A stretch of DNA of 64,000 nt from positions 1 to 64,000 of the IMG/VR virus record IMGVR_UViG_3300005937_000008. One strand, 5' to 3'. Position 1 is the stretch's first letter; the number at the start of each line of letters is the position of its first letter. Of the stretch, positions 9,504 through 17,656 are shown in pieces. The translations under genes were made by a program, and so were the position numbers. This stretch comes from a virus. Lineage: Duplodnaviria; Caudoviricetes. The notes beneath the pieces are model-generated. The model had not been told where the DNA came from and ran no database searches. It was given only the letters and a program-made list of their open reading frames with translations.

Positions 9504-9896
9504 CTCCCCAGGCGCTCCCCACGAAAACTGATCATGAAAAAAGCGGCACCTCCCGGAGGTTCGGGAGGTGCCGCTTTCACGTGTTCAGCGTACCCCTACA
9601 GTGCACAACGCACGCCTCTGACCTGCGGATAGCCGCGCCGGGAAGTACAGGTAGCAGACGCCGCCGGTGCCGGAGACGACCTTGCCGCTGGCGTTGTACC
9701 GCTTGGTGCGCAGCCAGATGTTCTCCATCTGTTGGCAGCGGTACCGGACATCAGGGGTAACGCGAGCCCGGTACGGCATCAGGGTCCTGAACTGGCTTCA
9801 TTACGATTCACGCAACCTCGCACGGCTTAACGGAACTTGAGTCGAAAGCGCTCCCCCGATGCTCCCCACGCAAGATCACTCCCCAGGCGCTCCCCA
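9504..9896. repeat. Putative attP with integrase arm-type sites
   Basis: CTCCCCA at 9504, 9515, 9862, 9879, 9890 (variant 9851); exact 18-mer CTCCCCAGGCGCTCCCCA at 9504-9521 and 9879-9896, all same orientation. Confidence 0.75.
9537..9577. terminator. Intrinsic terminator (probably bidirectional)
   Basis: 15-bp perfect stem AAAGCGGCACCTCCC / GGGAGGTGCCGCTTT, 8-nt loop, A6 run on the left. Confidence 0.85.
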
Positions 9897-9933
9897 GATT
9901 GAGGCCGATGAGACAGCCTGTCACCTACCCGTC

Positions 9934-10176
9934 TCATCGGCCCAGCGCCTCGCCGAGGCGCCCCGGTGCGTACTCCCGGCCCGCACGCGCAGCCTCCTCA
10001 CGCCTTATGTCCTCCATCCGCACCACGCATTCCTGGCAGGCGCGGACCTCGCGCTCGCCGTCCTGTCGGGGATGGACTACACCCACGACGGCCGTGGGGA
10101 CGACTCCCTTGCTGGGATGGCGGAAGCAGAGCCCGTCGGTCCAGTCGTAGAGGTCGAGGATCTGCTGCCGCTCCAT
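9934..10176 (-). CDS. Small Cys/His-containing hypothetical protein (80 aa)
   Basis: MERQQILDLYDWTDGLCFRHP...RACQECV; GGAG RBS; LexA-like box upstream. Confidence 0.6.
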   Translation of the reverse strand: MERQQILDLYDWTDGLCFRHPSKGVVPTAVVGVVHPRQDGEREVRACQECVVRMEDIRREEAARAGREYAPGRLGEALGR

Positions 10177-10280
10177 GGCCCTGTCTCCCGTTATCTCGGC
10201 CGGCTCGGTTGTGGGGGCTTGGCCCTGATTCCCGTCTTGCTCAACGGAATGCGCTGGCCAGTGGTAGTTCACCCCTTCGG

Positions 10281-10296
10281 GTGAACATCTGTTCGA
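10281..10296. promoter_or_regulatory. LexA/SOS box candidate
   Basis: GTGAACATCTGTTCGA: one mismatch to actinobacterial TCGAAC-N4-GTTCGA; just downstream of a minus-strand TAGTGT -10 candidate (10303-10308). Confidence 0.65.
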
Positions 10297-10495
10297 ATCT
10301 CGCACACTACAGCGCACCCCACGGCATATGCCACAACCGCAGGGCTGCCGGTGGGGGGTGGCAGCGCTTCGAGGGCGTCGCCCTCGCTTCTTCTACGGCG
10401 GCGACAGGCTGGTCCGTCGCGCCGGTCGGGCACTTTTTCGCGTGGCGACCGTTTGGGTACTGACGCAAGATCGTTAGGGCCACAGCGTGTGACGG

Positions 10496-10738
10496 GTGCC
10501 AGCCCGCCGCAACCCCAGACCCGACTGGGTCCTCGACCGCCGAAGAGCCCTCGGCCACCGGATAGCGGACCTACGGCGGCAAGCGGAGCTCTCCCAAGAG
10601 GAGCTGGCCCACCTCGCCGGCATGGAGCGTCGCAGCATCCAGCGCTACGAGAACGCGCAGCGGGATCCGCAGTACAGCGACCTGCTCCTCATTGCCCACG
10701 CCCTGCGTGTGCATGTCGCTGACCTCCTCAGCGGCTGA
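10496..10738 (+). CDS. XRE-family HTH regulator (80 aa)
   Basis: LGHRIADLRRQAELSQEELAHLAGMERRSIQRYENAQRDP. Confidence 0.85.
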   Translation: MPARRNPRPDWVLDRRRALGHRIADLRRQAELSQEELAHLAGMERRSIQRYENAQRDPQYSDLLLIAHALRVHVADLLSG

Positions 10739-10979
10739 GTTGCGGTGCGTGGCGCAGCTCTGTTCCGAACCGTGCTGCTGTCGAACTTTATTCAACGACC
10801 AATTGCCCGCGAGGTTACGGCGTTTGCTGCATATATGCGGGTGGGTTCGGTGATCGGCGCGTGAACTTCTCGCCCACCGTAACCCTCAGGCCAACACTCC
10901 ATACGCCCTGGTCAACCGTTGGCCAAACGTTCCGGCAGGTAACCCGTCCCGTCGCAGGGTCCAGGCGACGGGGCGGGCG

Positions 10980-11297
10980 TCATATCGCGCCGTCGTGCAG
11001 CTGGCGGTAGGCGTTGTCGAGGGCCGCAGTCCATGCCTGCCACAGCTGTTCGCCGATAGAGCAGCGCTGCCGGTCCACGTCGGCGCACTGGCGGCACTCG
11101 TTGGCGTGGACGGCGTGCGCGTGCTGGGCTTCCTGTACGGGGCTGAGGCGGGTGGCTGGTGGCAGTGCGGGCCAGTGCGGGCCTGTTTCAGGCGGGGGCT
11201 GGTCGCCTCTACGCTCGTCCATGTCGACGCTCCACTCCGTCGGCCGCGCCCCCGGGTCGAGCTGCATCGGCCGCGGGGGTCTGTCGTGTCTGGTCAC
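10980..11297 (-). CDS. Hypothetical protein (105 aa) with H..H...C..C...C cluster
   Basis: ORF track; divergent from GntR gene. Confidence 0.55.
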   Translation of the reverse strand: MTRHDRPPRPMQLDPGARPTEWSVDMDERRGDQPPPETGPHWPALPPATRLSPVQEAQHAHAVHANECRQCADVDRQRCSIGEQLWQAWTAALDNAYRQLHDGAI

Positions 11298-11380
11298 GAT
11301 ACCCCTGCGGTATAGGCGGTATAGGCCGTCTAGGTCGACTCGTCTCGCGTGTCTGACTAGGCCCGCCTAACTTCTGGATC

Positions 11381-11626
11381 ATGAGGTGGGAGCCGGAAGT
11401 ACCGCGATGGCGGCAGGTGTACGCCGTGATGACGGAGCGGATCGACGACGGCACCTACCCGCCCGACGAACGCCTCCCGTCCGCAATGGCGATCTGCGAC
11501 GAGTTCGGGATCTCCCAGGTGACCGCGAAACGCGTGTTGACAGAGCTACGGGGCGCCGGGCTCGCCTACATGCAGCCGGGCATCGGAACGTTCGTGGCGC
11601 CGCTGCCGCAGCCGCCTACCTCGTAG
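11381..11626 (+). CDS. GntR-family wHTH regulator (DNA-binding domain only)
   Basis: WRQVYAVMTERIDDGTYPPDERLPSAMAICDEFGISQVTAKRVLTELRGAGL..GIGTFV. Confidence 0.85.
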   Translation: MRWEPEVPRWRQVYAVMTERIDDGTYPPDERLPSAMAICDEFGISQVTAKRVLTELRGAGLAYMQPGIGTFVAPLPQPPTS

Positions 11627-11660
11627 CCTGCTGTCAGACCGGCGCCCTAAGATCAGAGGC

Positions 11661-11840
11661 ATGCCCCCCACGCCCCGGCCGGATGGTGCCGCGCGTTCTG
11701 CCGACGAGCTGAACGCGGCGATCCGGGCGTTGTTCCCGCACCGGGATGTGCGGTTGACGGACGAGCAGCGGGAGACGTACCGGGGGCTGCTGGCGGAACT
11801 GCGGCGGGTCGAACGCGGAGACGTCACGGCGGCGGCCTAG
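11661..11840 (+). CDS. Small hypothetical protein (59 aa)
   Basis: Manual translation MPPTPRPDGAARSADELNAAIRALFPHRDVRLTDEQRETYRGLLAELRR; GAGG RBS. Confidence 0.5.
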   Translation: MPPTPRPDGAARSADELNAAIRALFPHRDVRLTDEQRETYRGLLAELRRVERGDVTAAA

Positions 11841-12721
11841 AAGGCGAAGGCCAGCTGCTCGCAGTCTGTGGTCTCGATGCGGGGCGGGGCTGCAAGAACC
11901 CGGGTATGCCAGGCGAGGGCGCCTTCCTTGCAGTTCGCGCAGGTCTTCGCGCGGTGCGTGCACTGCGACAGCTTCATCTTGCGCTTGCGGTAGCCGAACG
12001 ACCAGGCCTGCGAGTCGGCCGACGTGAGCTGGTCGCCGTAGATGCCGAGCCCGTCGGTCTTCACGCCGAACCCGTGCAGGCGAAGGCCCTGCCCGTGGAA
12101 GTAGTCGACGATCTCGGCTATCTCCTCGCTGTCCTGCCGTCGGCACACCGACCCCAGACCTACGACCGGTTCGGCGGCCAGATCGAACCCGGCTTCGGCG
12201 TACAGGCGGGCGCAGTGCTTGTAGTCGTCGAGGCTATAGCCCTGAAGGACAAGGATGAACGGGATGTCCGGGGCCAGGCGGCGCAGCTCGACGGCGTTGC
12301 CGACGGTGAGCCGCTGGTGGATCCGGACGGCAGTGGTGAGGTCTTGCTCCGGCTCTCCGGGCTTCAGGCCGCGCAGCTCCCGGGTGCCGTGGAACTCCTG
12401 CCCGTGGAAGAACCCTCCCCGGATGACGACTTCCTCGCACATCAGATCCTGCGGGGCCGCCCACAGCATCCGCTCCGGCCCGAGCTGGTCGCGGTAGCGG
12501 CGCACCTCCGCCACGTACTCCTCGGCGGTCAAGGTCCAACGGCCGTGACGCTGGAGTTCGGTGAACCCGCCAGAGTCGAGGCAGAAGTCGTGCAGTGCCC
12601 GCGGGAACGGGGTGGCACGCCGGGCCAGACGGGTGCGGGACACGAAGAACACCACGTCGTTGAACCGAGGGTCCGGGTCCCACAGCCAGTGAGGCTCCGG
12701 CGTGCCCAAGTAGAACCTCAC
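11837..12721 (-). CDS. DpdA-like / tRNA-guanine transglycosylase-fold protein (294 aa)
   Basis: TGT-type motifs DSGGF, PQDLMCE, LQG, GLGSVC, LHGFG, SADS and a C-terminal Cys cluster (CTH..TCANC). Confidence 0.7.
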   Translation of the reverse strand: MRFYLGTPEPHWLWDPDPRFNDVVFFVSRTRLARRATPFPRALHDFCLDSGGFTELQRHGRWTLTAEEYVAEVRRYRDQLGPERMLWAAPQDLMCEEVVIRGGFFHGQEFHGTRELRGLKPGEPEQDLTTAVRIHQRLTVGNAVELRRLAPDIPFILVLQGYSLDDYKHCARLYAEAGFDLAAEPVVGLGSVCRRQDSEEIAEIVDYFHGQGLRLHGFGVKTDGLGIYGDQLTSADSQAWSFGYRKRKMKLSQCTHRAKTCANCKEGALAWHTRVLAAPPRIETTDCEQLAFAF

Positions 12722-13389
12722 GCTGATTCCTTGACGACGTGGGCGTTGCGGTAGGCGATCAGCATGTCGATGACCTCGTCGACCCGTCCGGCTTCCAGCG
12801 ACCGGAACAGGGCCGGGAGGCGGTGCCGCTCGTTCTCCTCCAGCAGCCCGAAGCCCTGGTGCGACTCGAACTCGATCCGCCCGTTGCGGCGACCGTCCCG
12901 CTCCTCGGCGCGCACACGCATGGCCTTGATCAGTCGGTAGTAGTCCCGGTTGGCAGCGTCGATGCGGCGCTGGTCTCGGACAGACGGAACCTCCGTCGTG
13001 CCGTTGCAGCGGTAGCAGGTGTCAGGGCCGCGGCGCGTGTGGTAGATGCCCGTTCCGTTGCAACGGGGGCAGGGGCGCAGCGGGTCGAGCAGTTCGATCG
13101 CGGTGGTCTGCTTGGTGTCCTGCTCTGCAACCGGCGTCCAGCGGTCCGCCTCGCGCTCACCCTCGGGGTCGGCGTCGGCGATGCAGCAGGCGCAGCGGAA
13201 CAGCGGGGTGACCTTGACGGGCGTGCCGTCGGGGCTGGTGACGGGGCGCCAGGAGGCGGTGTGCTCGTCGCAGGTCAGGTTCGCCCAGGTGTCCCAGTCG
13301 AGTCGGTGGGTGGCCTGCTGCATGCAGGTGCCGCTGTGGCACGTCCCGGCGGGCTTACTGGGGTCATCGACGACCTTGTTGGTGTTCAT
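12718..13389 (-). CDS. Cys-rich protein with DnaJ-type zinc-finger repeats (223 aa)
   Basis: CPRCNGTG and CYRCNGT plus further N-terminal Cys pairs; coupled to the TGT-like gene. Confidence 0.65.
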   Translation of the reverse strand: MNTNKVVDDPSKPAGTCHSGTCMQQATHRLDWDTWANLTCDEHTASWRPVTSPDGTPVKVTPLFRCACCIADADPEGEREADRWTPVAEQDTKQTTAIELLDPLRPCPRCNGTGIYHTRRGPDTCYRCNGTTEVPSVRDQRRIDAANRDYYRLIKAMRVRAEERDGRRNGRIEFESHQGFGLLEENERHRLPALFRSLEAGRVDEVIDMLIAYRNAHVVKESA

Positions 13390-13432
13390 TCCCGTCTCCC
13401 CTGCTCGCCGTTCCCTTTACGCCTCTAAGCTT

Positions 13433-13478
13433 GGCCTAGCGACTTGGCGTTGTCAAGCGAGATGGCCTAGCGACTTGG
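13433..13478. promoter_or_regulatory. Divergent promoter with tandem operator
   Basis: GGCCTAGCGACTTGG at 13433-13447 and 13464-13478 flanking a minus-strand TTGACA (13451-13456). Confidence 0.65.
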
Positions 13479-13494
13479 CCAAGAAGGTGAGAAG

Positions 13495-13713
13495 ATGCCG
13501 GACATGGACACCGCCAAGCTCGAACTCGCAGCCCAGCGCTACCGCGACGCGCAGGCCAACCTCGACGCAGCCCGCGCAGACCTCCAAACCGAGGTCGTCT
13601 CAGCACTGAGCAGCACCGACGAGCGAGGCGCCCAAGCCCAGGTCGCACGCATCACCGGCTGGACGCGGGAACAGATCAGACTGCTCATGAAGGCTGCGCG
13701 CGAGGAGTCGTAG
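13495..13713 (+). CDS. Small HTH regulator (72 aa)
   Basis: GAQAQVARITGWTREQIRLLM. Confidence 0.65.
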   Translation: MPDMDTAKLELAAQRYRDAQANLDAARADLQTEVVSALSSTDERGAQAQVARITGWTREQIRLLMKAAREES

Positions 13714-13722
13714 GATCCCAAC

Positions 13723-13926
13723 ATGCCCGCGATCACCCTCCCCGCCGACCTCCTCGCCCTCGAAACCCGCGCCTGGAACGACATCCAAACCGGACAGCTC
13801 ACCGCCGACACGGCCGAAGCCGTACATGCCGCAGTGGTGGCGTTCGCGGACGCGGCCGGGCTGGAGCGGATCGACGTGGAGACGGCGGTGAAGCAGGCCG
13901 TCAGGCACCCAGAGACGGCAGGCTAG
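13723..13926 (+). CDS. Hypothetical protein (67 aa)
   Basis: ORF track; follows HTH gene. Confidence 0.5.
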   Translation: MPAITLPADLLALETRAWNDIQTGQLTADTAEAVHAAVVAFADAAGLERIDVETAVKQAVRHPETAG

Positions 13927-14381
13927 GGCCGCCACGACTCCTGATAGCCGGGCCGGTCGCTGTACACGGCTGCTTTGCGCTTCGCCCACCGCTCCAGGAT
14001 GTGCAGCATGGCGGGCAGATAGTCGGCCTCGCGGCGCAGCGCGTTCCTGCGGAACACGTCGTCGTCTCCGGACCCGGCGAGACGAGCGGACTCCCTTTGG
14101 TGCCCCTCGTGGCTGCGGAGGGTGCGTTCATACTCGGCGAGAAGTTCGCGGTCGATCTCGATCTCGCGCAGCACCCGCGCCGGATCATGGCGAGCGATGT
14201 GCTCGGTCGTGGCCCGGAGTTGGCGGCTACTCAGTGCGAAGCCGTCGGCCACGGTGATGCCGTCGACGGCCAGCACCTCATCCGACTCGGCGTTGACGTG
14301 CCACGGGCCAGGACTCGCAGCCTCAGCCGCGCGCTCGTCTCCGTCGAGCTGGGCGCGTAGCCACTGCACCAGATCGTCCAC
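13923..14381 (-). CDS. DUF6221-like protein (152 aa)
   Basis: MDDLVQWLRAQLDGDERAA...PGPW...HIARHDPARVLREIE...YSDRPGYQESWRP; GGAGG RBS. Confidence 0.7.
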   Translation of the reverse strand: MDDLVQWLRAQLDGDERAAEAASPGPWHVNAESDEVLAVDGITVADGFALSSRQLRATTEHIARHDPARVLREIEIDRELLAEYERTLRSHEGHQRESARLAGSGDDDVFRRNALRREADYLPAMLHILERWAKRKAAVYSDRPGYQESWRP

Positions 14382-14664
14382 GGCCCCTCCAACGGTTGCG
14401 GCCCCGCCCGGGGGTTCCACGACCCAGGCAGGGCCTCAGCAACTGGCAAACCCGCGCTTGGCTAGTGCCTGCAACGGATACCACCATGCTACGACCCGCC
14501 ACCGACAACGCCGGGCCGCTGCGCTGCGCCACAAAACGACGCCGGCATGCAGACGCACGACCGCCCGCCCACAACCACGGAGGACGGGCGGAACGCGGTG
14601 CGCCAGGTAGCTACTCCGGCGCGCGGCAGCCGATCGGACGGCGCACGGGGCGCCGCACTGCCAG

Positions 14665-14739
14665 TAGCACCGGACGGATTTGAACCGCCGACCTCTGGGA
14701 TATGAGCCCAGCGAGCTGACCGAGCTGCTCCACGGTGCG
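14665..14739 (-). tRNA. tRNA-Met(CAT), initiator-type; CCA not encoded
   Basis: Cloverleaf CGCACCG..CGGTGCT-A; anticodon arm CTGGG-CTCATAT-CCCAG; GGTTCAAATCC T-loop; C1:U72 mismatch and three G-C pairs in anticodon stem. Confidence 0.85.
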
Positions 14740-14791
14740 AACTCCAGCATGGCACAGGGCGGCGGCAGAAACTCACGGGCAGGAAGACGAG

Positions 14792-14830
14792 TTGGCGCCC
14801 ACCGCGACGGGGGGACGCGGTAGGCGCCAA
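14792..14830 (-). terminator. Stem-loop downstream of second recombinase
   Basis: TTGGCGCC(C/T)ACCGCG 15-bp inverted repeat, 9-nt loop, ~25 nt after stop. Confidence 0.6.
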
Positions 14831-14855
14831 GGGCAGTGTGGCATGGGGCGGGTGG

Positions 14856-15875
14856 CTACAGGCCGATGTCCTCCGATGCCGCATCGGTCCACTTGTCGGC
14901 TTCGCGGATGTAGCCCCAGAAGACGGGACTGTTGTCTGCGTGGCCGGACTGTGCGCGGATCTTCTCTTCGCGCTTCCCGGCTCGGCGGCTGGTGGTGATG
15001 AACCCGGCCCGCATGCTGTGGCCGGTCAACCGGACGGCGATCCCAGCGCGTTCAGCGTTGCGGGCGATGATCTCGCGAACGGCTTCCGGGGAGAGGGCGC
15101 GGTCGCCGAGGCGGCCGTGGACGGTGATGGGCAGGAAGGCGGGGCCGCTGGTGATGCCTGCGGCGGCGCGCCAGGTGAGCCAGGCACGGACGGGGCAGGT
15201 GTCGGGGTTCTTGCCGTAGTGGACGACGACGTCCCGGGGCGGGCGGCCTTTGACGGCGGGCACCTTGACTTCGAGGCCCTGGCTGACGTGCACGATGGTG
15301 TCGGCTCGCAGCTCGGCGACTTCGGCGGAGCGCCCGGCAATTCCGAAGGCCATGAGCCAGAGCGCGCGGTCGCGGAGCCCGGCGAGCCCGTCGGCGACGG
15401 CGGAATTCATCTGTCGGAGTTGTTCGGGGGTGACGGCGGCGGCTTTGCCCCTGCCTCGCGCCATGCGGTCGGGGTCGTTCTTGAGCGGCTTGAGCGCCTT
15501 GCGTGCGGCTTCGGTGGCGCGCTTCGGGACTTCGACCCCGAGCCCTCGCGCGGTGACGGTGACTCCGGTGATCCGTCGGTCGATGGATGTTGGCGCGGCG
15601 AGCTTGATGGTGTCGAGCCAGACGACGAAGCCGACGAGGTTGCCCCTGCTGACTGCGGTTGACGGCATGCGGTGGCCCGTCCGCTCGGCGAGCCAGTCGT
15701 GGAACTGTTCCCAAAGCGCCCAGTCGTTGGCGTATCCGCGCTTGGTGTTGTTGGGGATGTTCCTGTCGAGGTGTTCGTCGGCCGCCTGCTCCATGGCGGC
15801 GAGGACGGCGAGCGTCGCAGCGTCGTAGACGGGTGGGTTGGCATCCGGCTGGCGCGGGATGAGGTTGCCGCTCAT
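14856..15875 (-). CDS. Second tyrosine recombinase, Cre/Xer-like (339 aa)
   Basis: LRDRAL..GRSAE (R), HSMR (HxxR), SGH, GYI (Y); core-binding helical N-terminus, no arm-binding domain. Confidence 0.85.
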   Translation of the reverse strand: MSGNLIPRQPDANPPVYDAATLAVLAAMEQAADEHLDRNIPNNTKRGYANDWALWEQFHDWLAERTGHRMPSTAVSRGNLVGFVVWLDTIKLAAPTSIDRRITGVTVTARGLGVEVPKRATEAARKALKPLKNDPDRMARGRGKAAAVTPEQLRQMNSAVADGLAGLRDRALWLMAFGIAGRSAEVAELRADTIVHVSQGLEVKVPAVKGRPPRDVVVHYGKNPDTCPVRAWLTWRAAAGITSGPAFLPITVHGRLGDRALSPEAVREIIARNAERAGIAVRLTGHSMRAGFITTSRRAGKREEKIRAQSGHADNSPVFWGYIREADKWTDAASEDIGL

Positions 15876-16276
15876 CGCTCACCACCCGTTTCGGTGGATG
15901 CAGCTTCGTAGTGCTGAACCCAGAGCGCCTTGGTGTTCGGCGTGGACCAGGCCAGCTGCTTGCCGCAGGAGCAGGCGACGGATGCGCCTTGGCCGCCCTC
16001 GTTGTCGGTCTGCGGCGCATGCTCCCCAAGGGCGCCCACATGAGTGGGGCATAGGTGGAGCCAGAAGCGTCCGTGCGACCGGAGGGACCGGACATCCAGA
16101 GCCCGCAGCAGCGTCCGGCCCGCCTTCGCTGAAGGCAGCGGAGCGTGCGACTGGTAGGCGATGCTGTCGATCGTCGTCCAGCCAGCGGGGGCGTCGTCGG
16201 TCTCGGATAGGTCAGACACCGTGCAGTTGAGTGCGTCGCACCGGAAGCGGTACGTGCGCAGGACTTCGACGGTCAC
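15872..16276 (-). CDS. Hypothetical Cys/His protein (134 aa)
   Basis: GTG 16276; YRFRCDALNC...LHLCPTH...ACSCG; coupled to recombinase. Confidence 0.55.
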   Translation of the reverse strand: MTVEVLRTYRFRCDALNCTVSDLSETDDAPAGWTTIDSIAYQSHAPLPSAKAGRTLLRALDVRSLRSHGRFWLHLCPTHVGALGEHAPQTDNEGGQGASVACSCGKQLAWSTPNTKALWVQHYEAASTETGGER

Positions 16277-16623
16277 ACGGCCCTCCTCGTCTTCGGCGAC
16301 CACGACCAACCCATCCGTGCACGGTGATTCTTTCCGCCGTGTCCGGCGGGCAGATTGCAGGGGCGCGGCGCGTACTGCGACGGCACGAGGTTGGGCGGCC
16401 CGCCGACGCTGCCGCATTCCTTCTCGCCGGGGGAGGCGAAGTCCCGGAACCAGTCCATGTGCAGGACTGCGCTGGAATCGTCTTTGTAGCACTCGTGAGC
16501 GGCGCAACCTCCGCACAGTTCGCACTCAGCGCACTCATCGAGGCGCCACGGATCGACCTTCCCGAGGCAAGGTGAATCAAGCACGGAGTCCCACATGCGC
16601 TGATCGTCAGCCACGGGCGTCAT
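16273..16623 (-). CDS. Cys-rich hypothetical protein (116 aa)
   Basis: CAECELCGGCAAHEC and C...CNLPAGHGGKNH. Confidence 0.5.
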   Translation of the reverse strand: MTPVADDQRMWDSVLDSPCLGKVDPWRLDECAECELCGGCAAHECYKDDSSAVLHMDWFRDFASPGEKECGSVGGPPNLVPSQYAPRPCNLPAGHGGKNHRARMGWSWSPKTRRAV

Positions 16624-16864
16624 GACCCGGACTGACGAGGCTAGCCACGGCCGCCGCAGCGCCTGTCACCCGCTCTGCATGGGTGGGCTGTGTGCCGTCC
16701 GAGGCGTAGTAGTTGAACCAGGGGCGGATGACGTCCGGCCCCTCGGTGCGGATCTTCTCGGCGAGCCCAGAAGCGTAGTCGTCGAGGACGGCGTTGGCCC
16801 GGGCGGTACTCAACCCGGCTTGGCAGAGGTGCACGATGAGGCGTGCGCGGGAGTCTGAGGCCAT
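16607..16864 (-). CDS. Hypothetical protein (85 aa)
   Basis: ORF track. Confidence 0.5.
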   Translation of the reverse strand: MASDSRARLIVHLCQAGLSTARANAVLDDYASGLAEKIRTEGPDVIRPWFNYYASDGTQPTHAERVTGAAAAVASLVSPGHDARG

Positions 16865-16912
16865 GTCTAATTGTACCGTTTTTTCGCCCGCGATATGGCA
16901 TGTTATCGAGCG

Positions 16913-17377
16913 TCAGGGGCGCCGCATGGCGCCCGGCGCGACGGCGGCGACCCGAGCGCGCTTCCGGTCACCAGGCCTGAACGTCCGCTCCACGAGACCG
17001 TGCCCAGCGTTGTAGGTGGCGGTCATGACGGCGTCGGTGTCGCACACGGATGGCAGGCTGTACAGCTCCCTGGCCACGTAGTCGAGCAGGTCGCTGCGTG
17101 CGGCCTGGCGGCCGATCCCGCGGGCCTCCTGCCAGGCTTCCCGGTCCACGGTGATGCGCCAGTCGCACCGGACCGCGGCTTGTCCTGGGGGCTGCGCTTC
17201 CGGTCGCGGGGTGATGCAGGTTGCGTAGGCGCCCGTCTCTTCGAATGGCGCCAGGTCATTGATCGCGAAGACTAGGTAGCTCGCCAAGTCGCCCTCGACG
17301 CGCGCGGGATCGATGCCGTTGTCGTCCGCGTAGGAATCGAGCGACACGGTCCAAAGCGTGCGCAGGATGGCAATCAT
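16913..17377 (-). CDS. Hypothetical protein (154 aa)
   Basis: ORF track; GGAG RBS. Confidence 0.55.
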   Translation of the reverse strand: MIAILRTLWTVSLDSYADDNGIDPARVEGDLASYLVFAINDLAPFEETGAYATCITPRPEAQPPGQAAVRCDWRITVDREAWQEARGIGRQAARSDLLDYVARELYSLPSVCDTDAVMTATYNAGHGLVERTFRPGDRKRARVAAVAPGAMRRP

Positions 17378-17444
17378 CAGGTCTCCAGTGTGCCGGTAGG
17401 CTGACAGGCGTGCGCCCCGGCTGCTTACCTCAGCCGGGGCACCA

Positions 17445-17654
17445 TCACTTCTGACTGTCGATCTCTTCGCACTTCCGGCAGGTAGGGTATTCGTTGAGGG
17501 CTACCCAGCTGTTCACGCGGCGCGGGAGCGGGATCCCGCAGAGGGCGACGTTCTCCGCCCTGTCCTTCCAAAGGCCGTCCGCCACGAAGTGCTTGGTGCG
17601 CCCGTAGCGGGTCAGCCCCATGGACGGGTCCCACCAGACGAGGTTCCGGGCCAT
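17445..17654 (-). CDS. Small zinc-finger-like protein (69 aa)
   Basis: KHFV...ALCG...PTCRKC. Confidence 0.55.
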   Translation of the reverse strand: MARNLVWWDPSMGLTRYGRTKHFVADGLWKDRAENVALCGIPLPRRVNSWVALNEYPTCRKCEEIDSQK

Positions 17655-17656
17655 GG

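Noticed and set aside
9585-9779. 64-aa ORF as an independent gene
   Set aside because: Lies within the att region, has no clear RBS, and only its middle third has coding-like codon bias; better explained as a target-gene fragment
9504-9896. CRISPR-like or iteron array
   Set aside because: Repeats are 7-18 bp, in two clusters without regular spacers, next to an integrase; no cas or rep gene adjacent
14400-14520. Second, degenerate tRNA (Cys-like TTGCA)
   Set aside because: No acceptor or T-arm pairing; better read as a promoter (TAGCAT) plus 5' hairpin of the DUF6221-like gene
14792-14830. lox-like site for the Cre-like recombinase
   Set aside because: GC-rich arms, 9-nt loop and position just after the stop codon fit a terminator; no second copy seen
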